From Mobula hypostoma (lineage: Eukaryota): a stretch of 64,000 nt of DNA. Within the stretch, counting starts at the first letter, position 1. Each line of letters starts with the position of its first letter. The notes below the pieces were generated by a model. That model was not told the DNA's origin, made no database searches, and saw nothing but the letters and a program-made list of their open reading frames with translations. The DNA is taken from positions 9,488,001-9,552,000 of the forward strand of contig NC_086101.1 of the NCBI RefSeq assembly GCF_963921235.1. The letters run 5' to 3'. Of the stretch, positions 1-13,049 are shown piece after piece. Position numbers and translations under genes: made by a program.

Positions 1-470
1 TACGAGGATGTTGTTTGGATTGGAGGGCGTACCCAATGTGAATAGAATGAGTGAACTTGGCCTTTTCTCCCTGGAGTGATGTGGGATTATATGTGACATG
101 ATAGAGGTGTATACGATAATGAGGGACATTGATCGTGTGCAGTCAGAGGTTTTTATCCTAAGGCTGAAATGGCTAACACGGTGGGGTGGGGGGCATAGTT
201 TTAAGGTGCTTGGAGATAAGTGACGAGGGGATGTCAGGGGTACGTTTTTCCACACAGAGAGTGGTGGGTGTGTGGAATGCACTGCCGGTGGTGATGGTGG
301 AAGCCGATACAATAGGGTCTTTTAGGAGTCTCTCAGATAGGTACATAGAGCTTAGAAAAATAGAGGGCTATGCACTAGGGAACTTCTAGGCAGTTTCTAG
401 AGGTTACATGTTTGGCAAAATGTTGTGGGCCAAAGGGCCTGTAATGTGCTATAGGTTTCTATGTTCTGTC
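1..470 (+). mobile_element. CR1 LINE 3' end fragment
   Basis: ORF 186-389 carries the CR1 ORF2 C-terminal motif (FSTQRVVGVWNALP...SFRSLSDRY), followed by a CR1-type tail (ggccaaagggcctgta...ttctatgttct). Confidence 0.8.
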
Positions 471-653
471 CCAAATTTCCTTGGCCTACTGAGGAGGAAG
501 AGGCACTGGTGAACTTTCTGAGCCATTTTCCTTGTACCACAAATAGCTTCCACTGATCTAACCAGATACTGTTGTTTTCTCAAGCTTCCTGCTTTGTTCA
601 CCATCTCCAGAGACAGAAATCTGGTTTATCTGACGCTCCGAATTACTGTCAGT

Positions 654-670
654 CACCACAAGGGGGCGAT
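654..670 (+). promoter_or_regulatory. Candidate CTCF site
   Basis: caccacaagggggcgat matches the CTCF core CCASYAGRKGGCRS with small deviations; lies in non-repeat sequence. Confidence 0.35.
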
Positions 671-989
671 GAGAGATCGTCTGCCCATTGTTGTCACGTG
701 GGATTCGGCTCGACAACTGTGCGACCAGGAGGAGCCACTGTTGAGAAGCCCCCTCCGAGTCTGACTGTGTCTGATGGTGGGTCGGGTGGGCTGGTGGGGG
801 GTTGTCACTGCAGGAATTCAGCAACAGAGAAGCGCCTTCGGAAAGTCAAGACTCTCAGTAAGAATGTACTGAGATGCGTTTCCTAAAGTGAGATAAATGG
901 ACACTGACAACGGCAGATGTACAATACACAGGACAATTACAGTAGACAATTAGAAATGCTGACAACTCTGAATTTCTCAGAGTTAATAT

Positions 990-1737
990 TTTGCATGTCC
1001 TGTTCCAGGCCCAGCACGTTAAAACAATTACGAAGAAAGCACAGCAGGCCCTCCACATTCTTAGGAATTTGCAGAGATCCAGCAGGATATCTAAAACTTT
1101 AACAACGTTCTGTGACTGTGTCGTGGAGAGTATATTGACTGGCTGCATCATAGCCTGGGATGGAAACATCAATGCCCTTGAATGGAAAATCCAACAAAAA
1201 GTAGTGGATACAGCCCACTCCATCGTGAGTGAAGCCCTCCACTGCATTGAGCACATCGACATGAAACACGGTCGCAGGAAATCAGCTTTCATCATCAGCG
1301 ACCCCCAATACCATGGGCATGCACTTTTCTCACTGCTGCCATGAGGACGAAGGTACATGAACCTCAGGGTGAGAACCACCAGGTTCAAGAGCAGTTACTA
1401 CCCCTCAGCCATCAGGCTCTTGAACAAAAGGGGATAACCACAGTACCCATCGCTGAATCGTTCCCGTTATCTAAGGACTCTCTTTGAAATAGTCTTCATC
1501 TCATGTTCTTGATATTTATTGATTATTTATTATTATTTATTTTGGCGTTTTGTATTTGCAGTTTGTTGTCGTTTGCACACTGGTTAAACGGCCAGGTTCG
1601 TGCGGTCTTTCATTGATTCCGTTATGTTTGTTATTATTCTGTTGATTTATCGAGTATGCCCACAATAAAATGAACACCAGGGTTGTATATGGTGAGGTTT
1701 ATGTACTTTGATAATAAGTTTGCTTTGAACTTTGAAC
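990..1737 (+). mobile_element. Rex1/Babar-clade LINE 3' fragment
   Basis: ORF 991-1344 (KKAQQALHILR...VVESILTGCIIAW...DPQYHGHALFSLLP) is the Rex-type RT C-terminal region; tail aataaa...ctttgaactttgaact. Confidence 0.75.
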
Positions 1738-1739
1738 TG

Positions 1740-2050
1740 CCAGTCACCTGCATCTGGTTCCCCTCCTCCTTCCCTTTCTGCTCTAGTCCTCTGTCCACTT
1801 CTGTCATACTCCTTCTTCAGCCCTTTAACTCCTCCAACTATCACCACCAGCTTCATAATTCACACCCTCCCCTCTCCCGCACACACACCCACCTTTCCTC
1901 TCACTTTGTCTCACCTATCATCTGCAGCTTGTACTCCCAGCCCCCGCCCCCCCCCCGACCTTATTCTGGCTTCTTCCTCCTTTCCAGTCGATGGAGTCTC
2001 GCCCCGAAACATCGACTGGTGATTCCCCTCCACTGGTGCTGCCTGACCTG
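1740..2050 (+). mobile_element. Penelope-like element 3' tail
   Basis: Pyrimidine-rich tail and terminal motif cagtc...gaaacatcgactgg...tgctgcctgacctgct shared with the other PLE copies in the window. Confidence 0.6.
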
Positions 2051-3793
2051 CTATTGTCCAGTTGCACTTACATCCGCTGTGATGAAATGCTTTGAGAGGT
2101 TGAACTACCTCAACTCCTGCCAGAGCAGCGGCTACTGTCCAGTTTGCCCACTGTCGTAACAAATCCACAGCAGATGCCATTTCATTGACTCTTCACTCAG
2201 CCATGGAACATCCGGACAGTGAAGATGCAGACATCAGGATGCTCTCCACTCAACACGGTCATCCCCTCAAAACTAATCAATAAGCTCCAAGACCGAGGCG
2301 TCGATACGTCCTTGTACAACTGGATCCTCCATTCCCTCACTCTCAGACCTCAGTCAGTTGGGATTGGCAACAACATCTCCTCCGCCAGCGCAGCGACTCA
2401 AGGCTTTGTCCCGAGCTCACTCGCTTTAGGACTCTGAGGGTAAACACAGCTTTGTCACATGGTGGGAGCAGAATTATCTGCAGCTTAATGTGAAAAAGAC
2501 TAAGGAGCTGGTGGTAGACCTGAGGCGAGCTAAGGCACCGGTGAACCCTGTTTCCATCCAGGGGGTCAGTGTGGACATGGTGGAAGACTACTAATACCTG
2601 GGGATACGAATTGACAATAAATTGGACTGGTCAAAGAACACTGAGGCTGTCTACAAGAAGGGTCAGAGCCGTCTCTATTTCCTGAGGAGACTGAGGTCCT
2701 TTAACATCTGCCGGATGATGCTGAGGATGTTCTACGAGTCTGTGGTGGCCAGTGCTATCATGTTTGCTGTAGTGTGCTGGGGCAGCAGGCTGAGGATAGC
2801 AGACACCAACAGAATCAACAATCTCATTCGTAAGGCCAGTGATGTTGTGGGGATGGAACTGGACTCTCTCACGGTGGTGTCTGAAAAGAGGATGCTGTCC
2901 AAGTTGCATGCCATCTTGGACAATGTCTCCCATCCACTACATAATGTACTGGTGGGGCACGGGAGTACATTCAGTCAGAGACTCATTCCACCGAGATGCA
3001 ACACAGAGCGTCATAGGAAGTCATTCCTGCCTGTGGCCATCAAACTTTACAACTCCTCCCTCGGAGGGTTAGACACCCTGAGCCGATAGGCTAGTCCTGG
3101 ACTTATTTCACAATTTACTGGCATAATTTACATATTACTATTTAACTATTTATGGTTTTATTACTATTTATGGTGTTATTACTATTATTATTTATGGTGC
3201 AACTGTAACGAAAACCAATTTCCCCCGGGATCAATAAAATATGACTATGACTATGACTATAACGTCATATTTAAGTTTGCTGACTATTGTTGGCGGATTC
3301 CAAGGTGGTGACGAGTCGGCATATAGTCGGGGGATTGAAAATCAGGCTGTTTGGTGCCACAACAACAACCGCTCACTCAATGTCAGCAGAACCAGGCCGA
3401 CTATCGTCTGGAGGAGGGAATAACCTGAGGTCCATGAGGTAGACCTCTTCAGGGAGGGGTGAATGCCTTTAAATTCCTTATGGTTCTGATTTCAGGGAAT
3501 TTGTTCTGGGTCCAGCACATTAAGCGCCATTACCAAGAAGACACGGCATTGCCTCTACTGTGATAGTACAGAATTTGCGCAGATTCGACATGCCATCTAA
3601 AACTTTGACAAACTTCTATAGATACGCAGTGGGGATTGTCCTGACTGCTTGCATCACGGCCTGCTGTGGAAACACAAATGCCCAGAGTGAACACTGCCCA
3701 GACTGTCGCAGGAAAAGCCTTCCTCGCCACTGAGCGCATCTGACATGGAGCGCTGCCACAAGAAGGCCATGTTCTCTCCTCGCTGCTGCCATT
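2051..3793 (+). mobile_element. Older Rex1/Babar LINE, split by the younger Rex1 insertion at 2452-3260
   Basis: PVALTSAVMKCFERL, NTVIPSKLINKL and NWILHSLT RT motifs; host sequence resumes at 3261 (aacgtcatatttaagtttgctgac, KFAD region). Confidence 0.7.
2452..3260 (+). mobile_element. Young Rex1 LINE, 5'-truncated
   Basis: ORF 2622-3089 (KKGQSRLYFLRRLRSFN...SFLPVAIKLYNSS); ends aataaa + (gactat)n; near-identical to the copy at 17671-19728. Confidence 0.85.
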
Positions 3794-3854
3794 GGGAGCC
3801 GAACGTGCCACAGCAACAGTATCAGGAAAAGTTGCAGAGAGAACGGTCAGAAGG

Positions 3855-4080
3855 TTATCTCTGTTACGAGTCCGGGACAGTTTCATTTTACAACGCGGAG
3901 ACCACGTCCCATCTCCACATCTTCACTGGAAATAAATTCACAAGGAAACTTTATTCTTTCTTCTGGACTTGGCATAAAAACCAGTGGCTGGGAATCTGCT
4001 CCGGTTTCGCTCCGGGTCTGGTCCCGGGACCGGCGACAGGAGTAACTCGGTGCAAAATACGTGTGGAGAGAATGAAATAA
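3855..4080 (+). pseudogene. Orphan 3' fragment of a paralogous TRIM PRY/SPRY (B30.2) exon
   Basis: YLCYESGTVSFYNAETTSHLHIFTGNKFTRKLYSFFWTWHKNQWLGICSGFAPGL aligns gap-free to the 3' part of the terminal exon (about 51783-51947), 143/165 nt identical by my count; 5' part of exon absent; native stop deleted. Confidence 0.9.
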
Positions 4081-5005
4081 ACACGAATTATAGATCCATT
4101 AATTTTAATGTGTTCACTGCATCCACCAACGGAACAGAAATACTACGCATTCAGTAGCAGCCGCGGGCTATGAGTGTTGAGCTGCCCGGGTCCTAAAGTC
4201 CACCTACAATGTGACAGGTTCAGTTGGACAAGCGGTGGTGGTGCTGACTGGGAAGGTCAAGGTGAATGTTAGGGAATGGCCAGGCAACGCTGGAAACACG
4301 CAAAGCGCCGGAGATTCTCAGCGAGACAGGCAGGATGGGAATGGGAAATGAACAGTTACCATTTCGGCTCCAGACCCTTCATCTGGGCTGAAAGAAAGAG
4401 GGGAGATGGTCAGTACAGAAAGGTGGTGGAAGAGCTGGCAGCTGATCCAGGGGAGGGACGGGTGGAGTGTGGGAATGTGTCAGAAGCCGGGAGGTGAGAG
4501 GTGGCAGTGACAAGGATGATGCAATCTGGTCGGAGAGGAAGGTGGAGTCTGGAACAAAGGGAGGGAGGGGGGAGGAGCGTGTGAGGGATGGGCAGATGGG
4601 GAGGGTGGGGGAGGAGAGGAAGGAGAGACAGTGATGGGGGCTGATGTATCACGAAGAGAGAAAATTAAAAGGAAAAGTGACAGAGGGGGAGCAACTACCG
4701 GAAGTCAGAGAATTCAATGTTCATGCCGGCAGGTTTCAGGCTGCCCCAGTGGAACATGAGGAGCGGTTCCTCTAATTGATGAGACAAGATCACAACGGGT
4801 GCCCACGTGGAATCAGTTATTCTGTTTTCGACCCGTTTTATCCCCAGGAAATGCAGGAACAACAATAACAGGTCAGTCAGGATCCACGGCGAGAGACACG
4901 GAGTTTGCGTTCCACGTCCATGACATCTTCATTCAAACGCTGCCTGGCCTCTGCGGAGTTCAAATATTTTCTGTTTATTTTTAGTTTTTCGAGCATCTGA
5001 TTCAA
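3855..5005 (+). repeat. Segmental duplicate of 51782-52899 (SPRY end, 3' UTR and flank)
   Basis: Colinear shared blocks: gaaataaacacga, gatccattaatttta, aacggaacagaaa, agcagccgcgggc, ccccaggaa..tgcagga, agcatctgattcaa. Confidence 0.85.
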
Positions 5006-5039
5006 ATAAACGAACAATCAAACAACAACAAATGGATCT

Positions 5040-5290
5040 GACACGCGAGAGTCTGCAGACGCTGGAAATCCCGAGCAACACAAAATGCTGGAGGAACTCA
5101 GCGGGTCCGGCTGCATTTATGGAAGGAATAAACAGACGATGTTTCCCGCCGAGAACCTTCATCGGGACTGGGCAGGAGGGGGGATAAAGTCGGAATTAGG
5201 CGGGGGAGGGTAAGGAGTACAAATGACATGTGAAAGATACACCAGGTGAGTCGGGTGGGGGATTGGGGGAGGGAGCATGAAGGAAGAAGC
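5040..5290 (-). mobile_element. Penelope-like tail fragment
   Basis: aacacaaaatgctggaggaactcagc...gtttc...ccttcatcgggactg, the reverse complement of the PLE terminus. Confidence 0.65.
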
Positions 5291-6001
5291 CCTGCAGTAC
5301 CGGTTCCCAGCAGCAGGTGGGGATCCTCGCCGTGAAACTGATCTTTGCACAGCTCGCTATCCCCATCTGCTGGTTGAAAGCGGTATCGCCATGAACTGAA
5401 CGTCCAAACATTTATCAGCCGGTTTGGTGGAATCCCGAGTTCAGAGCATTAACAACGATGTCTGAAGTTGAGGGTCACATGGTGGCGTACCCCTTTCCTC
5501 TCTTACTCCTCCTCCCGTGTGATCCTCAACCTTAGTCCTTTCCTCTCACTCACTCCCCAGCCCTGTCAAACTGACTGGGCGACAAAATACCCCCATGCAG
5601 GTATCAAAGGTCACAAGCGGTTCTCAGTGTGGGTTTCTTTCTGCCCCTCCGTCACTCAGTTTTCCAGTGCCCCTTTCGCCCCATCCATCACTCAGCCTCA
5701 CTCACATGATCATTTGCGACAGTTGTGTCACCCGACCAAGGATTGTGTCTCCCACTTGGGTGGGAAGCAGAGCCCAATGCAGGGGTCACAGGAAGGAACC
5801 ACGTAGCAAACAGGGTGCAGCAGAGGGAGGGGTGGGAAAGTGTTGGAGGCATGAGATCTGAGGAAGGGTGCACAGAAGGTAAGGGGCAGGGGGAATCCCG
5901 AGGGTGAGGACAAGAGGGATCAAAGTTGAGGGAGGTCAGATGAAACTGTGTGTAAGTGCAAGTGAAGACCAGGCCTGGATAAAGGTAGATGTCTGAGCTC
6001 A

Positions 6002-6056
6002 CGTGTCTGTGCGTGTGCGTGTGCGTGTGCGTGTGGCAGAGAAAGAGAGAGAAAGC
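6002..6056. repeat. (GTGTGC)n / (GA)-rich microsatellite
   Basis: Direct reading of the sequence. Confidence 0.8.
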
Positions 6057-6261
6057 CTGAGACATCATCTCTGCTTTCCAGGTAGATGCAGGCTCAGCAC
6101 TGGTCCAATTTTTCCATCTGTTTCAAAACTAAGAGAAAGATGCTCACTGGGGCAAAGTCTTCCCCACTGACACATTAACCACTTGGTCCCAGCCTCACTT
6201 ACTGGGAGGCGGTCATCTGTAATCGCTTCTCTAGTCAAACTATCCACATATATCTTGTCAA

Positions 6262-6625
6262 AACATTATTCCGTCTGGCTAGTCTCCAACCTGATGGCAA
6301 GAACATCAATTTCTTGAAATTCCGGTAATGGACACACCATCACCATTCCCCATTCCCATTTCGCTCTCTCACCTTGCCTCCTTTCCTGCCCATCACATCC
6401 CTCTGGTGTTCCTCCACCTCCCCTTTCTTCCATGGCCTTCTGTCCTCTACCAGATTCCTCCTTCTCCAGCCCTTTAACAATGTCACCAGTCTCTTTCCCA
6501 GCTCTTTATTCACCACTCCCCCTCTCCTGGGTTCACCGATCACCTACAACCTTGTATTTCTTCTTTCCCTCCCCTCACCTTCTTACTCTGACTTCTCATC
6601 TTTTTTTCTCCAGTCCTGACGAAGA
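6262..6625 (+). mobile_element. Penelope-like 3' fragment
   Basis: ttccgtctggctagtctccaacctgatggcaagaacatc (FRLASLQPDG-NI, end of the GIY-YIG ORF) plus pyrimidine tail ending cagtcctgacgaag. Confidence 0.7.
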
Positions 6626-6703
6626 TCTGATCTTCTCTTGCTTGAAGCTTTGGTGAGGTCACGTTTGGAGTGTTGTGGAGACACAAGAGGCAGCAGAGAC
6701 GGG

Positions 6704-7567
6704 TGTTACGTACCCCGTAACTGGGTTGCCAAACCAGCAGAAATGGATCACTCAGTTGGAGTCTGGAGTACTAGAACTAAGAAAGTTTTATTAAAGAAAC
6801 AAGCAACACAGTAATCGAAAGGATAATAAATGCAACAGTTCAGCGATGATAAACACACATGTGCACAGAATTAAGATAACAGCATCAATCAAGCTCTATC
6901 GTTGTCTAGGGGTAAATGACCAAATTTCAAACTGACTCAAATTTCAGTCCAGTTTAGTAGTTCAGTTCGCAGTAATCGTTGCCATGGCGATGGACAACGT
7001 GGGGGAAGAGAGAGATAGAACAGGAACAACTGATCATTCAGACACTGCTTCACTCACAGACCGGCGAGATGGCTCACAAGCAGCTTTTGGGCGGGTCCTT
7101 GGTGATGTCACCTGACGTCACCGACTGTGACCCCTCCTCCAGATGCGGTCGATCCTCTGCAGTGAACCCGGCACCCAGGCAAGGGCGGACACACACCAGG
7201 TTCCCGCTGATCGTACCTTTCCACCCCGGGCGTTGTCTGGTACTTCCCACCGACTCGTGAGAGGCGTACCGCTTCCAGGGTCTCGCTACCTCTGGTGGCG
7301 TGTGTGTCCTGCCTTAGCGAACCTGTCCCTTTTTATCCCCCTGCTGGGGCATCTCCTGTCCATCACTTCAAACAGTTCAAGGTTCAAAGGGGGGAGCCGC
7401 TCCAGACAGCTCTCTCTCCCCCGTCCCTTCATTACACATCTCCAGACGCTGCTCCATTGTTCCTTATCTCTCCTTCCCCTGAGGGCAGGTGGCAGACCAC
7501 TTGCTGATGTCACTGATGCTAACCCAGGCCAGCAAACATCTTAATTTTTATATGTATTCTCGTCACA
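6704..7567 (-). mobile_element. Probable solo LTR (864 bp)
   Basis: TG...CA termini with a 7-bp imperfect inverted repeat (TGTTACG / CGTCACA); flanks cggg / cagg differ by one CpG-type transition (4-bp TSD); tttatt near the left end is AATAAA on the minus strand. Confidence 0.65.
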
Positions 7568-8049
7568 CAGGGCTTTGATGCAGAATCTCAGCCTGAAATG
7601 TCGACTATCACTTTTCCTGTAGAGATGCCACCCGACCTGCTGAGTTCCTCTATCGGCTTCTTTTTGTCTTTGGAGTACCGAGTATTTTTCTGTGCATTGT
7701 ATGTTTCACAGTCTTCTTTCTTTTGGGTTCTATTGGGTTTCTTTATTTTGTGGCTGCCCGTGAGGAGGCAGGAAAAGGGAGGTGGGGTGTGTGGGATATA
7801 GAGTGTACGCAGAAAGGTGGGGTTAGTTTTATTTGGTCTCATGGTCAGCACAGACACAGGTGGACCAGGTTACTGAGGGAACTGGGAAAATACATTGTGA
7901 AGGCTCTGACCACACAGAGTAAACAAGCGTGGATTCAGCTCTCTGACCCGAGGAGAATCAGACAGAGAGAGGAGTACAGTGAAGAGAGAAATCAAGAGAA
8001 TAGGAGGAGAACACGCGATACCTCTGCAGATAATTTGAATGATAATTTG

Positions 8050-9538
8050 GATTAGTTCCCGAGGATTGGAGGGTGGCTAATGTAACCCCGCTTTTTAGAA
8101 AAGAAGTGAGAGAGAAACTGGGGCATTATAGACCCCGGTTAGCCTAACATCGGTGGTGGTGATCGGTGGAAAATGCTAGAGTCAGTTATCAAATATGAGA
8201 TAACAGCACATTTGGAAAGCAGTGAAATGATCGGACAAAGTCAGCATGGATTTGTGAAAGGAAAATCATGTCTGACGAATCTTACTAGAATTTTTTGACG
8301 ATGTAACTAGTAGAGTGGATAGGGGAGAACCAGTGGATGTGGTAGCTTTGGATTTTCAAAAGGCTTTTGACAAGGTCCCACACAGGAGATTAGTGTGTAA
8401 ACTTAAAGCACACGGTATTGGGGGTATGGTATTGATGTGGATAGAGAATTGGTTGGCAGACAGGAAGCAAAGAGTGGGAATAAACGGACCTTTTCAGAAT
8501 GGCAGGCAGTGAGTAGTGGGGTATCACAAGGCTCAGTGCTGGGACTCCAGTTGTTTACAATATATATTAATGATTTAGATGAGGGAATTAAATGCAGCAT
8601 CTCCAAGTTTGCGGATGACATGAAGCTGGGTGGCAGTGTTAGCTGTGAGGAGGATGCTAAGAGGATGCAGGGTGACTTGGATAGGTTAGATGAGTGGGCA
8701 AATTCATGGCAGATGCAATTTAATGTGGATAAATGTGAGGTTATCCACTTTGGTGGCAAGAACAGGAAAACAGATTATTATCTGAATGGTGGCCGATTAG
8801 GAAAAGGGGAGGTGCAACGAGACCTGGGTGTCATTGTACACCAGTCATTGAAAGTGGGCATGCAGGTACAGCAGGCGGTGAAAAAGGCGAATGGTATGCT
8901 GACATTCATAGCAAGAGGATTCGAGTACAGGAGCAGGGAGGTACTACTGCACTTGTACGACGCCTTGGTGAGAGCACACCTGGAAGTATTGTGTGCAGTT
9001 TTGGTCCCCTAATCTGAGGAAAGACATACTTGCCATAGAGGGAGTACAAAGAAGGTTCACCAGATTGATTCCTGGGATGGCAGGACTTTCATATGATGAA
9101 AGACAGGATCGACTAGGCTTATACTCATTGGAATTTAGAAGATTGAGGGGGGATCTTATTGAAACGTATAAAATTCTAAAGGGATTGGACAGGCTAGATG
9201 TAGGAAGATTGTTCCTGATGTTGGGGAAGTCCAGAATGAGGGGTCACAGTTTAAGGATAAAGGGGAAGCCTTTTAGGACCGAGATGAGGAAAAACATCTT
9301 CACACAGAGAGTGGTGAATCTGTGGAATTCTCTGCCACAGGAAACAGTTGAGGCCAGTTCATTAGCTATATTTAAGAGGGAGTTAGATATGGCCCTTGTG
9401 GCTAGAGGGATCAGGGGGTATGGGGAGAAGGCAGGTACAGGGCTCTGAGTTAGATGATCAACCATGATCATACTGAAAGGCGGTACAGGCTCAAAGGGCC
9501 AAATGGCCTACTCCTGCACCTATTTTCTGTGTTTCTAT
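8050..9538 (+). mobile_element. CR1 LINE, 5'-truncated RT and 3' end
   Basis: DFQKAFDKVPH, GVSQGSVLG, SKFADD, QFNVDKC and TQRVVNLWNSLP in frameshifted ORFs 8315/8437/8993; CR1 tail. Confidence 0.9.
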
Positions 9539-9844
9539 GACATTCATGAGGGGCTACAGGCACATTGAGATTTAAAGAGTAATTAGTGAGAGAACAGATT
9601 TCCTTAAGCGCTCATGTGGTTATCAACCGGTGGATCAGCTCGGGAGGGGAGTGGTCTGAAATCAATATTTCCCATCCCTATTTCCCAGGGAAAACATCAT
9701 GGGATCCACGGAATGAAGGAGAATGAACATCAACATCATGGAAAATCTCACATTACAAAAGAGTAGGTGCTGATGATGTGAAAGCCAGCTGAGGTGGATA
9801 AATCCCCAGAGCCTGATCAAGGGCATGCGAAGACAACAGGAGTA

Positions 9845-10375
9845 GGTCCACCCTATTACCACAATTTTTGGGTTACCAATGATAGAACTAAACCATCTGA
9901 CCTCTTCAGCTCGTCTTATGATTGCATTTCTTACACTAATGGCTGGAAGATCCATTTTGCTGAACTGGAAAGAGATCAATCCTCCCACACATTTCATTGG
10001 CTCTCTCAAACTATGTTGTGTTTAAACTTGGAAAAAAATTAGAGGTGTAATATATGATCCCTCTATTAAATTCAAAAAGACTTGGAAGCCATTTATTCAA
10101 CACTTCCATACGATGTAATTTGAACTTTTCCAAACCTATTCTGTTTCTTTTTAATATACATCGAGATGAGCGGAGTCGACGACACTAATGGTTCCTTTTT
10201 TTTGACGTTACACAACAGTCCATGTCTTTTTCTTTCTTTAGTTTAGGTGGTTAGCATTGTTTAGATTAGTTTTTCTATTGGGTAAATATTTTTTTTCCTT
10301 TTCCATGTTTTTTTGGTATATTATACTTGTATCTTGTACAATTGGGAGGTGTAATACCCATGTGCCAACTGGGTT
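9845..10375 (+). mobile_element. L1-clade LINE 3' end
   Basis: Conceptual translation with frameshifts gives IAFLTLMAGRSILLNWKEINPP...WLSQTMLCLNLEK-IRG...KFKKTWKPFIQHF*, typical of the fish-type L1 ORF2 C-terminus; T-rich 3' UTR. Confidence 0.7.
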
Positions 10376-10610
10376 TATAGACAATAGACAATAGGTACAG
10401 GAGTAGGCCATTCAGCCCTTTGAGCCAGCACCACCATTCACTGTGATCATGGCTGATCACCCACAATCAGTACCCTTTTCCTGCCTTCTCCCCATATTCC
10501 TTCACTCCGCTATCTTTAAGAGCTCTATCCAACGCTTTTTTGAAAGAATGCAGAGAATTGGCCTCCACTGCCTTCTGAGGCAGAGCATTCCACAGAACCA
10601 CAACCCACTG
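10376..10610 (-). mobile_element. CR1 3' tail fragment
   Basis: (atagaca)n tail then ggagtaggccattcagccc...gcattccacaga. Confidence 0.7.
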
Positions 10611-10819
10611 TGGAATTTATATTTAAATATGTTGGGTTTTCTATGTTTCTATTAAACGTGCAGCAAATTCAGAAATCAAAGGTGGAGAGAGAGGGTGCAG
10701 GGTGGCTCAAGGACACAACTTGAGAAGGGCTGGAAGGACAATCTGGGAAACTCCAGGCCGCTGAGCCTCACAGCTGTGATGGGAAAATTTCTGAGAGACA
10801 GGATCAAATTGAGTTTGAC

Positions 10820-12960
10820 CAGAAAACCAAAGAACATAGGAGCAGAATTACACCATTCGGTCCATCAAGTCTACTCTGTCAATGCATCATGGCTGACTTA
10901 TTTACCCTCTCAATCCTATTCTCCTGCCTTCTCCCGACAATCTGACACCCTTACTAATCAAGAACCCATCAACCTCAACTTTAAATATACTCAATGACTT
11001 GGCCCCCACATCTCTGTGACAATGAATTCTATTTTCACAATCTAATAACTAAAGAAATTCCCCATCACCAATGTACAAAAGGGATGTATTTGTATTATGG
11101 GTCTGTGCCCCTTGGTCCTAGACTCTCCCACTATCGGAGACATCCTTTCCAACTCCACTCTCTATAGGCCATCCAGTATTTGACTGGTCACAATGAGATA
11201 ACTCATTATTTTTCTAAACTCCAGCAAATGCAGGCACAGAACCATCAAATGCTTCTTCTAACTAACCTGTTCTTTACCAGGATCATTTTTCACAACTACC
11301 TCTGGACCCTTTCCAATGTCCCAACATCCTTTCTGATACAAGGAGCCAAAACTGCTCACAATACTCCAAATGGAGTCTGACCAATGCCTTATCAAGGCTC
11401 AGCATTACATCTTTTCTTTTACACTCTTCTCCCCTCAAAATTAATGCTGACATTGCATTTGCCTTCCCGACCACTGACTCAGCCTGCATGTTAAGCTTTG
11501 GATAATACTGCACCAGGATTCCCAAGTCTCTCTCCACCTCCAATTTCCCAATTTGCTGCACGTTTAATAGAAACATAGAAAACCTACAGCCCCATACAGG
11601 CCCTTCGGCCCACAATGCTGTGCTGAACATGAACTTACTTTAGAAATTGCCTAGGGTTACCCATAGCCCTCTATTTTTCGAAGCTCCATGTACCTATCCA
11701 GGAGTCTCTTGAAAGATCCAATCATATCTGCCTCCACCACCATCGCCGGCAGCCCGTTCCACGCACTCAGCACTCTCTGAGTAAAAACTTACCCCAACCT
11801 CTCCTCTGTACCTACTTGAAAGCACCTTTATTCCTTCGATACCTTTATTCCCTCTACCAACGTGCACGACCATGTACTTCCCGACACTATATTCCAGCTA
11901 CCACTTCTCGGACATTCTGCAATCTAAGGCCTAATGCAGACTCCCTGATTCCTCAACACTACCAACCCCTCCAGCTATCTTTGTATTATCCACAAAACCA
12001 GCAATTCTGCCATCCATATCAGTGACAAACAAAATGAAAAGAAGCGGTCACAACACCAACCCCTGCGGACACCACTCATCACCGATACCCGACCAGTAAA
12101 GGACCTCTTTATTCCCCCTCTTTATCTCCTGAGAGTCAGTCAATCTTCTATCCGTGCTGGTATCTTTCCTGTAATTCCATGTACTCTCACCTTGTTTAGC
12201 AGCCTCATGTGCGGCTCCTTGTCAAATGCCTTCTGAATATCCAAGTAAACAACGTCTATTGACTCTTCTTTGTCTATCCTACCTGTTATTTCCTCAAAGA
12301 ATGCAACAGATTGGTCAGGCAAGATTTCTCCTGAAGGAAAAATCATGCTGATTTCAACCTATCATATGCCTTCAATTACTCTGAAACCTCATCCTTAATT
12401 ACAGACTCTAGCCAACCAGTGAAGTCAGAAGAAATCGCCTATAATTTCCTGTCTTTTGCCTCTCTCCCTTCTTAAAGAGTGGAGTGACATTTGCAATTTT
12501 CCAGTCCCCCAAAAGCACGAGTGAAAATTGAAAGATCAGCACTAATGTCTCCACAATCATTTCAGTTACTTCTTTCAGAACCTCTGGGTCTCACTCATCT
12601 GCTCCAGGTGACTTGTCTACTTTCAGATCTTTCTGTTCTCCACCATCCTTCTCCATAGCGATAGTGACAACACTCACTTCTGTGCCCTAACACTCTTAAA
12701 ATTCTGGCAGACTGCTGGTGTCTTCCGCAATGAAGACTGATACAATGTACTTAATGACTTTGTCCACCATTTCCAACGTAACTTTCTCGTGGTCTGATAT
12801 TCACTCTCACCTCTCTTTCACTCTTATTTATCTGATAAAACTTTTGATATCCTCCTTTATATTATTGACTAGCTAACCTTCATATTTCATCCTTACAAAC
12901 CGTTTTTTAAGTTTCCTTCTGTTAGTTTTGAAAAGCTTCCCAATGCTCTCGCTCCCAACG
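10820..12960 (-). mobile_element. Decayed CR1 LINE with a nested CR1 3' end (about 11567-11815)
   Basis: Minus-strand ORFs with LVRLHLEYCEQFW and DVVYLDIQKAFDKEPH; inner tail atagaaacatagaaaacctacagc. Confidence 0.8.
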
Positions 12961-13049
12961 GAGGACTTGTTCCCTTCCTGTTTCTCACTTCCACTCACAC
13001 TGACTCAGTGGACAAACCCCCCACCACGTTCTCCATTGAGTCATCCAGC

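Noticed and set aside
3745..4080. 111-aa ORF as a functional LINE-SPRY fusion protein
   Set aside because: The N-terminus is decayed Rex sequence and the SPRY part is an incomplete domain; likely a chance open frame
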